DNA from: Haloquadratum walsbyi C23
Lineage (GTDB): Archaea; Halobacteriota; Halobacteria; Halobacteriales; Haloferacaceae
NCBI RefSeq assembly: GCF_000237865.1
Contig: NC_017459.1
Span: forward strand, 2,670,001-2,702,000
Direction of reading: 5' to 3'
Length of the DNA: 32,000 nt
The notes beneath the pieces were generated by a model. The model saw nothing but the letters and a program-made list of their open reading frames with translations. It searched no databases and had not been told where the DNA came from. The stretch's first letter is position 1. Every line of letters starts with the position of its first letter. Below, in pieces: positions 19,176 to 27,974 of the stretch. The translations under genes were made by a program, and so were the position numbers.

Positions 19176-19658
19176 TCATTCAGTAGAATCTGCTGAGTCA
19201 TCACTTTTATTTGTTAATCTCTCGCGTGCATCTGTTTTTTGATCATTAGTATCATCCCCACCCTCGTCTTCGGTATGAATCATCTGAGCTGTCAGCTTAC
19301 GCGCTTCGTTAATGACGGTTTGTGTTTCTTCATCCATCTGGGTTTCCATAGTTTCAGTCATGGTGCCAATCTCAACCTCGTCTCCTGCCGAAGTGGTATG
19401 GTGACTGTTATCATGCATTTGTCGACCGTGTTGTCTGTGGACTGTGTCTTCAAACACCTGATCGTATTTGACTGAGGTGGCTAATTCGACAACAATCTCA
19501 GCTAAGTCATCAGTACCATATTGTCCCCAATCACCAACATGTTCCTCAAGCCAAGACTCATGATCGTCATGATGAACTATAGCTGTGAATGCAAGATGAT
19601 CTGCGAGATGTGCTGCATCTTGTTGTGGGGCCTCACAGACAGGACAAGCATAACCCAT
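19176..19658 (-). CDS. hypothetical CPxC zinc-finger-like protein with an acidic C-terminal tail
   Basis: The N-terminus is MGYACPVCEAPQQDAAHLADHLAFTAIVHHDDHESWLEEH. A start at 19664 is also possible. Confidence 0.6.
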   Translation of the reverse strand: MGYACPVCEAPQQDAAHLADHLAFTAIVHHDDHESWLEEHVGDWGQYGTDDLAEIVVELATSVKYDQVFEDTVHRQHGRQMHDNSHHTTSAGDEVEIGTMTETMETQMDEETQTVINEARKLTAQMIHTEDEGGDDTNDQKTDARERLTNKSDDSADSTE

Positions 19659-20153
19659 AATCATTGTATGAACTCACGACACAAGGTTGCGACGGCTCAC
19701 GCGCTCATCATTTATGAGCAACTTTGTGAAACACTTCGAACAGGTCCCGAAGTACTCACCGTATCGCGCTAGTAGAGAAGGTATGAGTACTGAATATGTC
19801 TTCCCTGAAGATACGACAGATACGCCGTTTAAGACGTACCGGAGTAACCCTGAGTGGGAGCGAAACAGTGCTACGCATAAGCTTGATGCGACGTACTACC
19901 TGCTGTGGGTTTATGTAAAAAAGACAGGCCTGAACACCGGGTATCCTCCCTGTATCTGTATGATAGAACCAATGTCTGCGGAGGCTGCGCTCTGTATGTC
20001 TGTGAATCACTTTTGAAATACATCTAACTGCGTGACAGTCTATTTGCATTTTGTAAGGCGCGTCGTAGAAATATGGAGCCTCGGCAATTACCTGAGTTAA
20101 TTCATCGTATTATGAAGTATCAAACTGGCGATTGAGAGAGCCTAACAAATTTC

Positions 20154-20912
20154 TCAATCAGACGGTGTAGTTGTGGGTTTCTTTTGAGCGTCACTGCTGT
20201 TGTCACAGTTGTCATCATCAACACGTCCGCATCTATTAAGAAAGTTTTTGATGAGATCATGCCCAACACCAGTCAAAACCGATTCAGGATGGAATTGTAC
20301 CGCTTCGATTGGATATTCGCGATGTCTAATTCCCATAATGAGGTCATCATCGACATCATCATTCGAGTCTGCATCTGTGTCTGGGTCCTCTCGCGTTGTG
20401 ATACTCTGAGGTGAGTCATCTGTTGCTTTTAGGGTACCACTGACTCTCGTTGCTGCTGATATCTCAAAACACTCAGGCACATCTGTAGCGATTAACGAGT
20501 GATATCGACCGGCTTCAAATGTCTTGTCAAGCCCGTCAAAAATCCCATATCCGTCGTGAGCGATGGTTGACGATTTTCCATGGACTGGTGCAGGTGCACG
20601 ACCGACATTACCCCCGTATGCGTACACCGCCGCTTCAAGTCCAAGGCATACTCCAAGCGTTGGTACAATCTGTGATATCGTGGTTAACACGTCATTCGTG
20701 ACCCCAACATCACGAGCATTTTTTGGATGCCCTGGACCGGGGCTGATGACGATTGCATCAGGATCAATTGTCTCAATTTGCTTGAGTGAGGCGGTGTTTT
20801 TCCGAACATGAACATCAAGTGGTTCGTTATTGATTCGCTGTTCAGAAAGATATTCGACGAGATTGTACGTAAATGAATCAAAATTATCTATTACAAGTAC
20901 TGAAAGTGTCAT
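20154..20912 (-). CDS. trpG: anthranilate synthase component II (glutamine amidotransferase)
   Basis: LVIDNFDSFTYNLVEYL, GVCLG (catalytic Cys) and VQFHPES are present. An acidic insertion sits before MGIRH. Confidence 0.9.
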   Translation of the reverse strand: MTLSVLVIDNFDSFTYNLVEYLSEQRINNEPLDVHVRKNTASLKQIETIDPDAIVISPGPGHPKNARDVGVTNDVLTTISQIVPTLGVCLGLEAAVYAYGGNVGRAPAPVHGKSSTIAHDGYGIFDGLDKTFEAGRYHSLIATDVPECFEISAATRVSGTLKATDDSPQSITTREDPDTDADSNDDVDDDLIMGIRHREYPIEAVQFHPESVLTGVGHDLIKNFLNRCGRVDDDNCDNSSDAQKKPTTTPSD

Positions 20913-22669
20913 CGGGATACTTCCTCCGTCTGCGATGATTGTGATTTTACTTCATCACCTGCGTGCTCATTTGTCTCTTCATTTCTGTCTCCGTCTACGT
21001 CTGTTTGTGTGGTCTGTGTTTGTGTCACCTCTGTTGGTTTCGTTGTGATCTGCTCAAGTGCTGACAGAACACCATCCATTTTTTGCTCAGTCTCATGATA
21101 CTCAGATGCCGGGTCGCTGTCAGCAACAATCCCAGCGCCAGCCCTGACACGAACAGTCGAAGGCGCGGTTTCAGCACTTGACTCAGTTTGATGAGTACCT
21201 GAGCGAGTTGTTTCGTTGTCTTCAATTGTCGCGGTTCGAATGACAATTGCAAAGTCCGCATCTCCAGACCACGAATAATACCCAACCCCTCCGCCATAGA
21301 CTCCACGTGGTGCTGTTTCAAGTTCATCGACAATCTCCATCGCACGAATCTTTGGGGCTCCGGTGAGTGTTCCCGCTGGGAATGTCGCTCGTGTTGCATC
21401 AAACGCATCAGCATCAGACGCGAGTGTCCCAGTGACGGTTGACTCGATATGCTGAACATGACTATATTTTAGGACGTTCATGAACTCCTCAACACGGACA
21501 CTTCCTGGGTCAGCAACACGCCTGACATCGTTTCGAGCGAGATCAACCAACATCGTATGTTCAGCTCGCTCTTTTCCATCTGCAAGCATCTCGCCTGCAA
21601 GTCGCCGGTCCTCGACAGGGCTGCTCCCACGTGAGCAGGTACCCGCAATTGGATTTGAAACAATTCGATCATCCTGAACGGACACAAGTGTCTCAGGACT
21701 GGCACCAACGATATGTCTGTCATCATGTCTGAGTAAATACATATACGGTGATGGATTCACTTCGCGGAGTGACGCATACAAGCCAAGTGGATCAATCTCG
21801 CCATATTGCTCACGAACACGAGAGATAACGCCTTGATAGATATCACCATCAAGAACACGTTGTTTTGCGGTACGAACTGCTGTTTCATATTCAGCCTGTG
21901 AGCCCGCAGCGCTGTTGATCTGGAGAAACTCACCAGGGTCAGGTTGAGTAGCGGCTGCGAGCGTTTCTCGGATATCTGCCGCTTCAGCGACAAGCTCATC
22001 ATAAATAACACCAGGATCATCATCAGGTGCAACAATCGGCGTGAGAACTAGTGATACTGATTTGTCGGTATGATCAATGGAGATCGTTTTTGTTGTAAGG
22101 ACAAATTCCGCATCAGGAGTCTGTGTGTCAGGGCGATCGACACCGACCTCATTCAGCCAGATATCATACACTGCCTCATACGCAAGAAACCCAACAAGTC
22201 CACCGCGAAGCCGATGTCGGTCATCATCTGGAAACCCGACACAAGGGAATTTCGGCATTGCTGTACGGAGATGATCAAGCACATCACCGCTACTATTATT
22301 ATCATCGTTGGTTGTGATATACTTCGCTGCGCGTCCCCCAAGTGTTTTCGACTCGACTTCATCGGGAGAGACAGTGATGACTGCATCAGGGTCATAGCCG
22401 ACAAACGAAAATCGCGCGTGACGGTCCGCAGTTGCATAATCAGGGGCAAACGCTCCATCAGGATCGCTTGACGGCGTTTTTTCAGCACTTTCGAGTAAAA
22501 ATCCATACTCACTCTGGGCTGCGAGGGCTGTATATGCGGTGAGCGGCGTTACCGTCGGAAGTGATGCAGTTATGTGTGCAATGAGAGGCTCTGAAGTCGA
22601 ATCCAAGCTCTCTGTGAGCTCAGAAACAAACGCTGATCGAGATTTTGAGAGTGGTGTCGAATCAGTCAT
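20909..22669 (-). CDS. trpE: anthranilate synthase component I
   Basis: The chorismate-binding core includes SPETLV, GTLTGAPKIRAMEI and YGGGVGY. The gene has 4 nt overlaps with trpF and trpG. Confidence 0.9.
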   Translation of the reverse strand: MTDSTPLSKSRSAFVSELTESLDSTSEPLIAHITASLPTVTPLTAYTALAAQSEYGFLLESAEKTPSSDPDGAFAPDYATADRHARFSFVGYDPDAVITVSPDEVESKTLGGRAAKYITTNDDNNSSGDVLDHLRTAMPKFPCVGFPDDDRHRLRGGLVGFLAYEAVYDIWLNEVGVDRPDTQTPDAEFVLTTKTISIDHTDKSVSLVLTPIVAPDDDPGVIYDELVAEAADIRETLAAATQPDPGEFLQINSAAGSQAEYETAVRTAKQRVLDGDIYQGVISRVREQYGEIDPLGLYASLREVNPSPYMYLLRHDDRHIVGASPETLVSVQDDRIVSNPIAGTCSRGSSPVEDRRLAGEMLADGKERAEHTMLVDLARNDVRRVADPGSVRVEEFMNVLKYSHVQHIESTVTGTLASDADAFDATRATFPAGTLTGAPKIRAMEIVDELETAPRGVYGGGVGYYSWSGDADFAIVIRTATIEDNETTRSGTHQTESSAETAPSTVRVRAGAGIVADSDPASEYHETEQKMDGVLSALEQITTKPTEVTQTQTTQTDVDGDRNEETNEHAGDEVKSQSSQTEEVSR

Positions 22670-23412
22670 TTGTTTCGCTCTGGCGTAGTTGCGCTTATAG
22701 AATCTTCTGTTGAGCTATCGGTTGTGTTGGTTGTCTCTATTGACCTCTCAGTCTCATTATTCGTATCAATATCAACGCGAGTCGCACGATTGATGAACGC
22801 TGCCACAGCATCGTGGTCTTTGCTTCCACCAGTATCCTCAACGCCACTTGCGACATCAACGCCAAACGGAGCAACAGTTTGAACGGCTGATTTGACATTT
22901 GACGGCGTGAGTCCACCGGCAAGAATGACTGGCGAGTCAAGCATAGTGGCAATCTCGGCGGTTGTAGTCCAATCATGCGTATGCCCTGTTCCACCTGCCC
23001 CATCGGTGTCCACAGAGTCTATCAATATAGCATCAACTACTGATGCAACCGAACGAGCACGCGATGGCATCTCAGCATCAACAACAGCAATAACATCTGC
23101 TGTGACTGATTCGTTTATTTGTTTGAGTTCACTGGCATCGTATTCACCATGAATTTGAATTACATCCGGTTGCACACGCCCCGTAATATCGATTGCATCA
23201 GCAACACAATTGGGCATCGTCACAAGAACTGTACTGAGAAATGGTGAAGCAGTAGCAACAAGTTGCGTTGCGCGCTCAACTGTCACTGATCGTGGCGTCT
23301 CAACAGTAACATCGGTAATAATCCCGGCTGCATCTGCACCAGCAGCGGAAACTGCCGCAAGGTCGTTTTTAGTCGTGATACCGCAGATTTTCACACGGGT
23401 TCGAGACATCAT
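22666..23412 (-). CDS. trpF: phosphoribosylanthranilate isomerase
   Basis: RVKICGITT...IQIHG...ILAGGLTPSNV is the PRAI pattern. The gene lies between trpD and trpE. Confidence 0.85.
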   Translation of the reverse strand: MMSRTRVKICGITTKNDLAAVSAAGADAAGIITDVTVETPRSVTVERATQLVATASPFLSTVLVTMPNCVADAIDITGRVQPDVIQIHGEYDASELKQINESVTADVIAVVDAEMPSRARSVASVVDAILIDSVDTDGAGGTGHTHDWTTTAEIATMLDSPVILAGGLTPSNVKSAVQTVAPFGVDVASGVEDTGGSKDHDAVAAFINRATRVDIDTNNETERSIETTNTTDSSTEDSISATTPERNK

Positions 23413-24434
23413 TTTTGCTCCGTTGAAGCCGAATTCGGTTCACATAACGTCTCAAAGGTGGCTTTAGCGTCGCCGGTGTCGATTGCTGTTGCAGCTTGTT
23501 CAACTCCGGTTTCGATATCGTCTGCGAGTCCAGCAACGTAGATGGCTGCTCCTGCATTCGCAAGAATAATATCTCGTTTTGGACCGGTGATCTCACCGGT
23601 GACAATTCCACGAAGATCTGCTGCATTCTCTTCGGGTGTTCCCCCCGCGACGGCTTCAACCGGTGCAGAGTCAAGTCCAATAGATGATGCTGAAAGTGTG
23701 TATCCATCAACATTATCTCCAATAACCTCTGCAACAGTCGTTGTATCATGAAGTGCAATCTCATCCATTCCACTCCCATGAACAACGAGTGCACGCTCAA
23801 CAGGGAGTTGCGTGAGAGCCCGTCCAAGCACAGGAACAAGTTCAGGATCGTAAACGCCGATTACCTGTGCATCTGCCCCAGCGGGGTTTGTAAGTGGACC
23901 AAGAATATTGAATATTGTTCGCATTCCTAGCTCTTTTCGTGGTCCAATAACAGCTTTCATCGCTGGATGGAATACAGGGGCGAGCATAAACCCAATTCCA
24001 TCGCGTTCAATCGCTGCTTCAACAGCAGGAGGTTCCGCCTTGACATCCGCACCAGCAACTGACAGCACGTCCGCACTTCCAGATAGCGATGATACAGAGT
24101 AGTTTCCATGTTTTGCGACTGCTGCCCCGGCACCAGCGGCAACGATTGCACTTGTTGTTGATATATTGATTGTATCATAGTCATCACCCCCAGTTCCACA
24201 GGTATCAACAAGCGGTGTGCGGTCAGGAGTAATGGTGCGAGCTGCATCACGCATTCCACGTGCAAAACCAGCGATCTCGGTCTCAGTTTCACCTTTCGCT
24301 CGAAGCGCCGTCAACAAAGCACCAATCTGTGCTTCAGTTGCATCTTCGAAAAGAAGTTTTGCTGCTTTCCGGGAGGTTTCATGTGATAAATCGACCCCAT
24401 TGGTCGCCCGCTCAATATAATCTTGAAGTGTCAT
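23409..24434 (-). CDS. trpD: anthranilate phosphoribosyltransferase
   Basis: DTCGTGGD, KHGNYSVSS and NILGPLTNPA are present. The start is placed at the ATG at 24434 (MTLQDYIE) inside ORF 23409..24473. Confidence 0.9.
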   Translation of the reverse strand: MTLQDYIERATNGVDLSHETSRKAAKLLFEDATEAQIGALLTALRAKGETETEIAGFARGMRDAARTITPDRTPLVDTCGTGGDDYDTINISTTSAIVAAGAGAAVAKHGNYSVSSLSGSADVLSVAGADVKAEPPAVEAAIERDGIGFMLAPVFHPAMKAVIGPRKELGMRTIFNILGPLTNPAGADAQVIGVYDPELVPVLGRALTQLPVERALVVHGSGMDEIALHDTTTVAEVIGDNVDGYTLSASSIGLDSAPVEAVAGGTPEENAADLRGIVTGEITGPKRDIILANAGAAIYVAGLADDIETGVEQAATAIDTGDAKATFETLCEPNSASTEQK

Positions 24435-24591
24435 TGTGGTCACCAGTGTACGTCTTCGTATTGTAATGTACAAATCAGTTCATTAGTATAAGCATATCGA
24501 AGTCACTTATGATCGCAGTCTATGACTCTCAAAACGAAACCTTCAATTACGTTCTAAAAATATGATTTTATGCAATCAAACCTCACCAAAT

Positions 24592-24666
24592 GGGTTGGTG
24601 GTCTAGTCTGGTTATGACACCTCCTTGACATGGAGGAGGTCGGCAGTTCAAATCTGCCCCAACCCA
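24592..24666 (+). tRNA. tRNA-Val (anticodon GAC), CCA not encoded
   Basis: A cloverleaf was folded by hand. The acceptor stem is GGGTTGG/CCAACCC. The anticodon arm is CCTCC-TTGACAT-GGAGG. The T arm is GGCAG-TTCAAAT-CTGCC. The discriminator base is A. Confidence 0.9.
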
Positions 24667-24667
24667 C

Positions 24668-24675
24668 TTATTTTT
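24668..24675 (+). terminator. oligo-T tract immediately after the tRNA
   Basis: The tract ttattttt begins 2 nt after the tRNA 3' end. Confidence 0.4.
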
Positions 24676-24846
24676 ATCACTACTAATTGACAGTGATTCG
24701 ACTTATCAAGTCTTGAATTAGCAATGCTAGCAGAGATCTAATCTTAGGCAGGATAAGAAGAAAGTCAATCAGGGTACTGGCTTTTTTACTATATCGACTC
24801 TACAGTACGGATACGCTGAGTATATAATGTAGTAATTTGAGGTGTT

Positions 24847-25266
24847 TTACTGCGTGATTTGCGTCTCAGCTTGATCAAAAAGGGTTTTCACTCGATTTTC
24901 AATTTCATCTCGAATTGCGCGAACCTCTTCAATGGTTTTATTATGCGGATCATCAAGCGACCAATCACGAATATCAGCCTTCGCATCATCAATATCGAGC
25001 GTTGAACAACCCATCGTCGCCACAATATCACACGATTCAAGTTCTGTTGTTGATACCTCTCGCGGTGCTTGACCGGAGAGGTCGATATCAACCTCATCCA
25101 TTACTGTCACGACCTCTTCATGTACACTATCGGCTGGGTCGGTGCCTCCTGTAATGATATCAACGCTATCTTTAAGATCTCGATGCCCGCGCTCGCGCTT
25201 AGCGAATGCCGCTGACATCTGACTACGCCCCGCGTTTTGAACACAAATGAATCCAAGTCTCATCAT
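24847..25266 (-). CDS. low-molecular-weight phosphatase family protein (ArsC-type arsenate reductase / protein-tyrosine phosphatase)
   Basis: MMRLGFICVQNAGRSQM contains the Cx5R(S) P-loop. A downstream Cys pair is present (ESCDIVATMGCS). The start is at the ATG at 25266 inside ORF 24847..25338. Confidence 0.75.
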   Translation of the reverse strand: MMRLGFICVQNAGRSQMSAAFAKRERGHRDLKDSVDIITGGTDPADSVHEEVVTVMDEVDIDLSGQAPREVSTTELESCDIVATMGCSTLDIDDAKADIRDWSLDDPHNKTIEEVRAIRDEIENRVKTLFDQAETQITQ

Positions 25267-25708
25267 CGGGTTAGCTGACACAGTTGAGTTCAAACTGGTC
25301 ACCAAATTAACTTCTTGTATGTGTCCTATATTGCCCACAATAGTACTTTATAGAAGCTTCATTGCCTCTTATTATTACGAAGATATCAATTCTATTCGAC
25401 TCTGAAATCAGCATGCTCCCACACTGGCTGGGTGGCTCAAAGTGCGATTATTCGAATAATTGAAACTAACGAGCGTTTCAGAACTTACCCGACTTGTGGC
25501 ATCTTATTCAAACTACTGTGTGCATTCTGAAAAGCCTAAATCTCATCCAGATACTTTTCTCAATCTCTATATCTCATTTTACAGAATATCGAAGAGAATG
25601 TCCAAAGGCGCTTCACAGATCAGATATATCATTATATATAGAATCGTGTTATCAACTGTCAATGGTTCTGCGTTCGAGATATGACCGTAGTTTCATAGCT
25701 GTATGCAT

Positions 25709-25747
25709 ATTTGACATCCTCCTCGTCCTTCAGGGGGCGGATGTCGA
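25709..25747 (-). repeat. solo copy of the IS1341-type right-end-like motif (hairpin + GAGGATGTCAAA)
   Basis: The minus strand reads GTCGACATCCGCCCCCTGAAGGACGAGGAGGATGTCAAATA. GACATCC (25713-25719) and GGATGTC (25739-25745) form a 7 bp stem. The copy is homologous to 28253-28277 and 29259-29290. Confidence 0.55.
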
Positions 25748-25810
25748 CAATTCATCAATCCAACCAATCAGAAGGAAGAAACTAATCAGTCTGACCACAG
25801 AGCAATAATT

Positions 25811-26539
25811 GTGGTATCAGTCTATGATATACTTGGCATAACCGCAAGTGCCGATGAAGAGACAATTCTTCAAGCATATCGTACGCGAGTCAAAGAGGCT
25901 CACCCTGACCATGGCGGATCACTTGCAGAATTCAAACAGGTCCGTCGCGCTTATGACCACATCGATTCCGGCGCCCCAGCGGGTGAATTTGAACCAGCTA
26001 CCGGAATCAATCATCACAATAATACTGCTCAGGATGCCGATGTAGAATCACAATCGTCTTCATCATCTGTTTCTGCTTCCGCCGATAAGACAGATAAGAC
26101 TGAGACACTTGGACCAACGGTTGAATATCTTGACTACAGAGTTCTCGCTGATTATGGCTGGGAAATCACAGATCCGGATCTCTTTGCAAAAGCTGATGCG
26201 GTTGAGCTTGATATCGATGCTCATGGAATTTTTGTTGTTGAACCTCGCGAATCATTACTTGAGGCTGCTGAGCGGTATGGATTCTCGTGGCCGTATGCCT
26301 GTCGAGGTGGTGCATGCGCGAACTGTGCGGTCGCTGTCATTGATGGAGCTGTTGAGATGAGTGTCAACACAATTCTCACCCAAGGGATGCGTGATCAGGG
26401 TATTCGGCTTTCTTGCATCGGTCAGCCTGTAACGAACGATCTCCAAGTCGTATTCAATATTGAGCAACTTCCTGGATTGAAAGAACTTCGTCTCCCTGCT
26501 GAACAGTTCGAGAATACTCGGACAGATAATTCATCATAA
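25811..26539 (+). CDS. J-domain / plant-type 2Fe-2S ferredoxin fusion protein
   Basis: It has a GTG start. The N-terminal J domain is YDILGITASADEETILQAYRTRVKEAHPDHGG (HPD motif). The C-terminal ferredoxin region has cysteines in YACRGGACANCAV...LSCIGQP. Confidence 0.85.
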   Translation: MVSVYDILGITASADEETILQAYRTRVKEAHPDHGGSLAEFKQVRRAYDHIDSGAPAGEFEPATGINHHNNTAQDADVESQSSSSSVSASADKTDKTETLGPTVEYLDYRVLADYGWEITDPDLFAKADAVELDIDAHGIFVVEPRESLLEAAERYGFSWPYACRGGACANCAVAVIDGAVEMSVNTILTQGMRDQGIRLSCIGQPVTNDLQVVFNIEQLPGLKELRLPAEQFENTRTDNSS

Positions 26540-26680
26540 AGAGATATCCTGTATATGAATATACATAATTATAGGTTTCTCTACTATGTGCTCCGATGAT
26601 TATCATCCGCATTAGAAAAAAGCAGAGCGAAGTTTCAATATGACGGGTAAGTAAAATAGTGAGTGGAAGGCTAAACCGCT

Positions 26681-27829
26681 ATGGATATCACTAATATTGC
26701 CACTCCTGATTATGTCGAAGTTCGTGCTGACAAGCGGTTAGGCAAAATTCGGTCTATCTTTGATCGTGAACGACCAAATGGCATAATCGTCACTAAAGAG
26801 GGAGGGTATACCGGTGTCGTTGGTGAAAAGCAACTCGTCCGATCACGAATGGGTGATGATACAAAGGTTGATGTTGTGACAAAATCAGCACCGAAATTAG
26901 ACCGACATGAGGATATACGTGAAGCAGCTCGGATGCTTGTTGAAGGTGATGTTAATGTTGCTCCTGTCTTTGAGGGTAATCAACTCTATGGGATTGTTAC
27001 AGGCGAGGACATCTTAGAAGCAGTGCTTGAGAATCTTGATGCAATCTCTGTTGAAGATATCTTTACAGATGACGTTGTAGATGTAGCTGAGCAGTCACCC
27101 CTTGGAGAGGCAATCAACAAACTCCGCGAACATAGCATATCTCGCGTTCCTGTTGTTGAACAGGATGAATCAAATTCACTTACGGGAATTCTCACCACAC
27201 ACGATATTATCGACTTTGTTGTTCGTGATGATGACCGACAAGGTCGTGGGGACCGTAGCGGCGATCTTGACCGTATGCTTGATCTTCCTGTCTATGACCT
27301 CATGTCTGCACCAGTCATCACTGCCCAGCCAAACGAGCCGGTCAGTGATGCTGTTAAGCGAATGTTCGATAATGATATCTCAGGAGTTGTGGTGACGCCT
27401 GCTGCCGGTGACACAACAATTGAGGGAGTTCTCACGAAGACCGATGTGCTCAGAGCACTCACATTCACCGAAGAGGAGTCGATGGATGTTCAAATCACGA
27501 ACATTGGACTACTTGAAACGCTCACCCGAACAGAGATTGTTGAATCAATTACTGCTGTTGTGGATAAGTATCAGCAGATGCAAGTCCTTCATGCGCATGT
27601 CCGGCTGCATGAACATAAAGAGAAACTTCGAGGAACGCCACTCATGCAGTGTCAGATTCGACTTCGAACGAGTCTTGGACAAGTTGCAGGGAGCGGTGAA
27701 GGATATGGTGCTGAAAACGCATTCTATGTTGCACTTGACAAACTTGAACGGAATGTGCTTGAAATGAAAGGTGTCAATGCTGATGAACGATACCGTGGGC
27801 AGTTGATTCGAAAGCTGGGCGAACTTTGA
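26681..27829 (+). CDS. four-CBS-domain protein with a C-terminal HPF/RaiA (ribosomal S30AE)-like domain
   Basis: CBS-type repeats recur (GIVT..DILEAV, GILTTHDIIDFV, GVLTKTDVLRAL). The C-terminal ~115 aa are MDVQITNIG...VDKYQQMQVLHAHVRL...CQIRLRT..GQVAGSGEG..AENAFYVALDKLERNVLEMKG. By eye this aligns to the bacterial HPF pattern (xxITG..v.iT..l..yv..K..KlekY....v.v.l........i....g......e..d.y.AiD...dKLerQl.K.K). Confidence 0.8.
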   Translation: MDITNIATPDYVEVRADKRLGKIRSIFDRERPNGIIVTKEGGYTGVVGEKQLVRSRMGDDTKVDVVTKSAPKLDRHEDIREAARMLVEGDVNVAPVFEGNQLYGIVTGEDILEAVLENLDAISVEDIFTDDVVDVAEQSPLGEAINKLREHSISRVPVVEQDESNSLTGILTTHDIIDFVVRDDDRQGRGDRSGDLDRMLDLPVYDLMSAPVITAQPNEPVSDAVKRMFDNDISGVVVTPAAGDTTIEGVLTKTDVLRALTFTEEESMDVQITNIGLLETLTRTEIVESITAVVDKYQQMQVLHAHVRLHEHKEKLRGTPLMQCQIRLRTSLGQVAGSGEGYGAENAFYVALDKLERNVLEMKGVNADERYRGQLIRKLGEL

Positions 27830-27974
27830 TATTATCCGGCGCTTGAACCCAGTAAAGTTCGCCCTCTTGAGATATCCAGGTCTTGTGGATTATCATTTGA
27901 TTCCTCAGTGAGAATTATCATCATCGTTACAATATAGTAGCGTGATTTCAGAACTGCCTGCGTGATAGAATACA

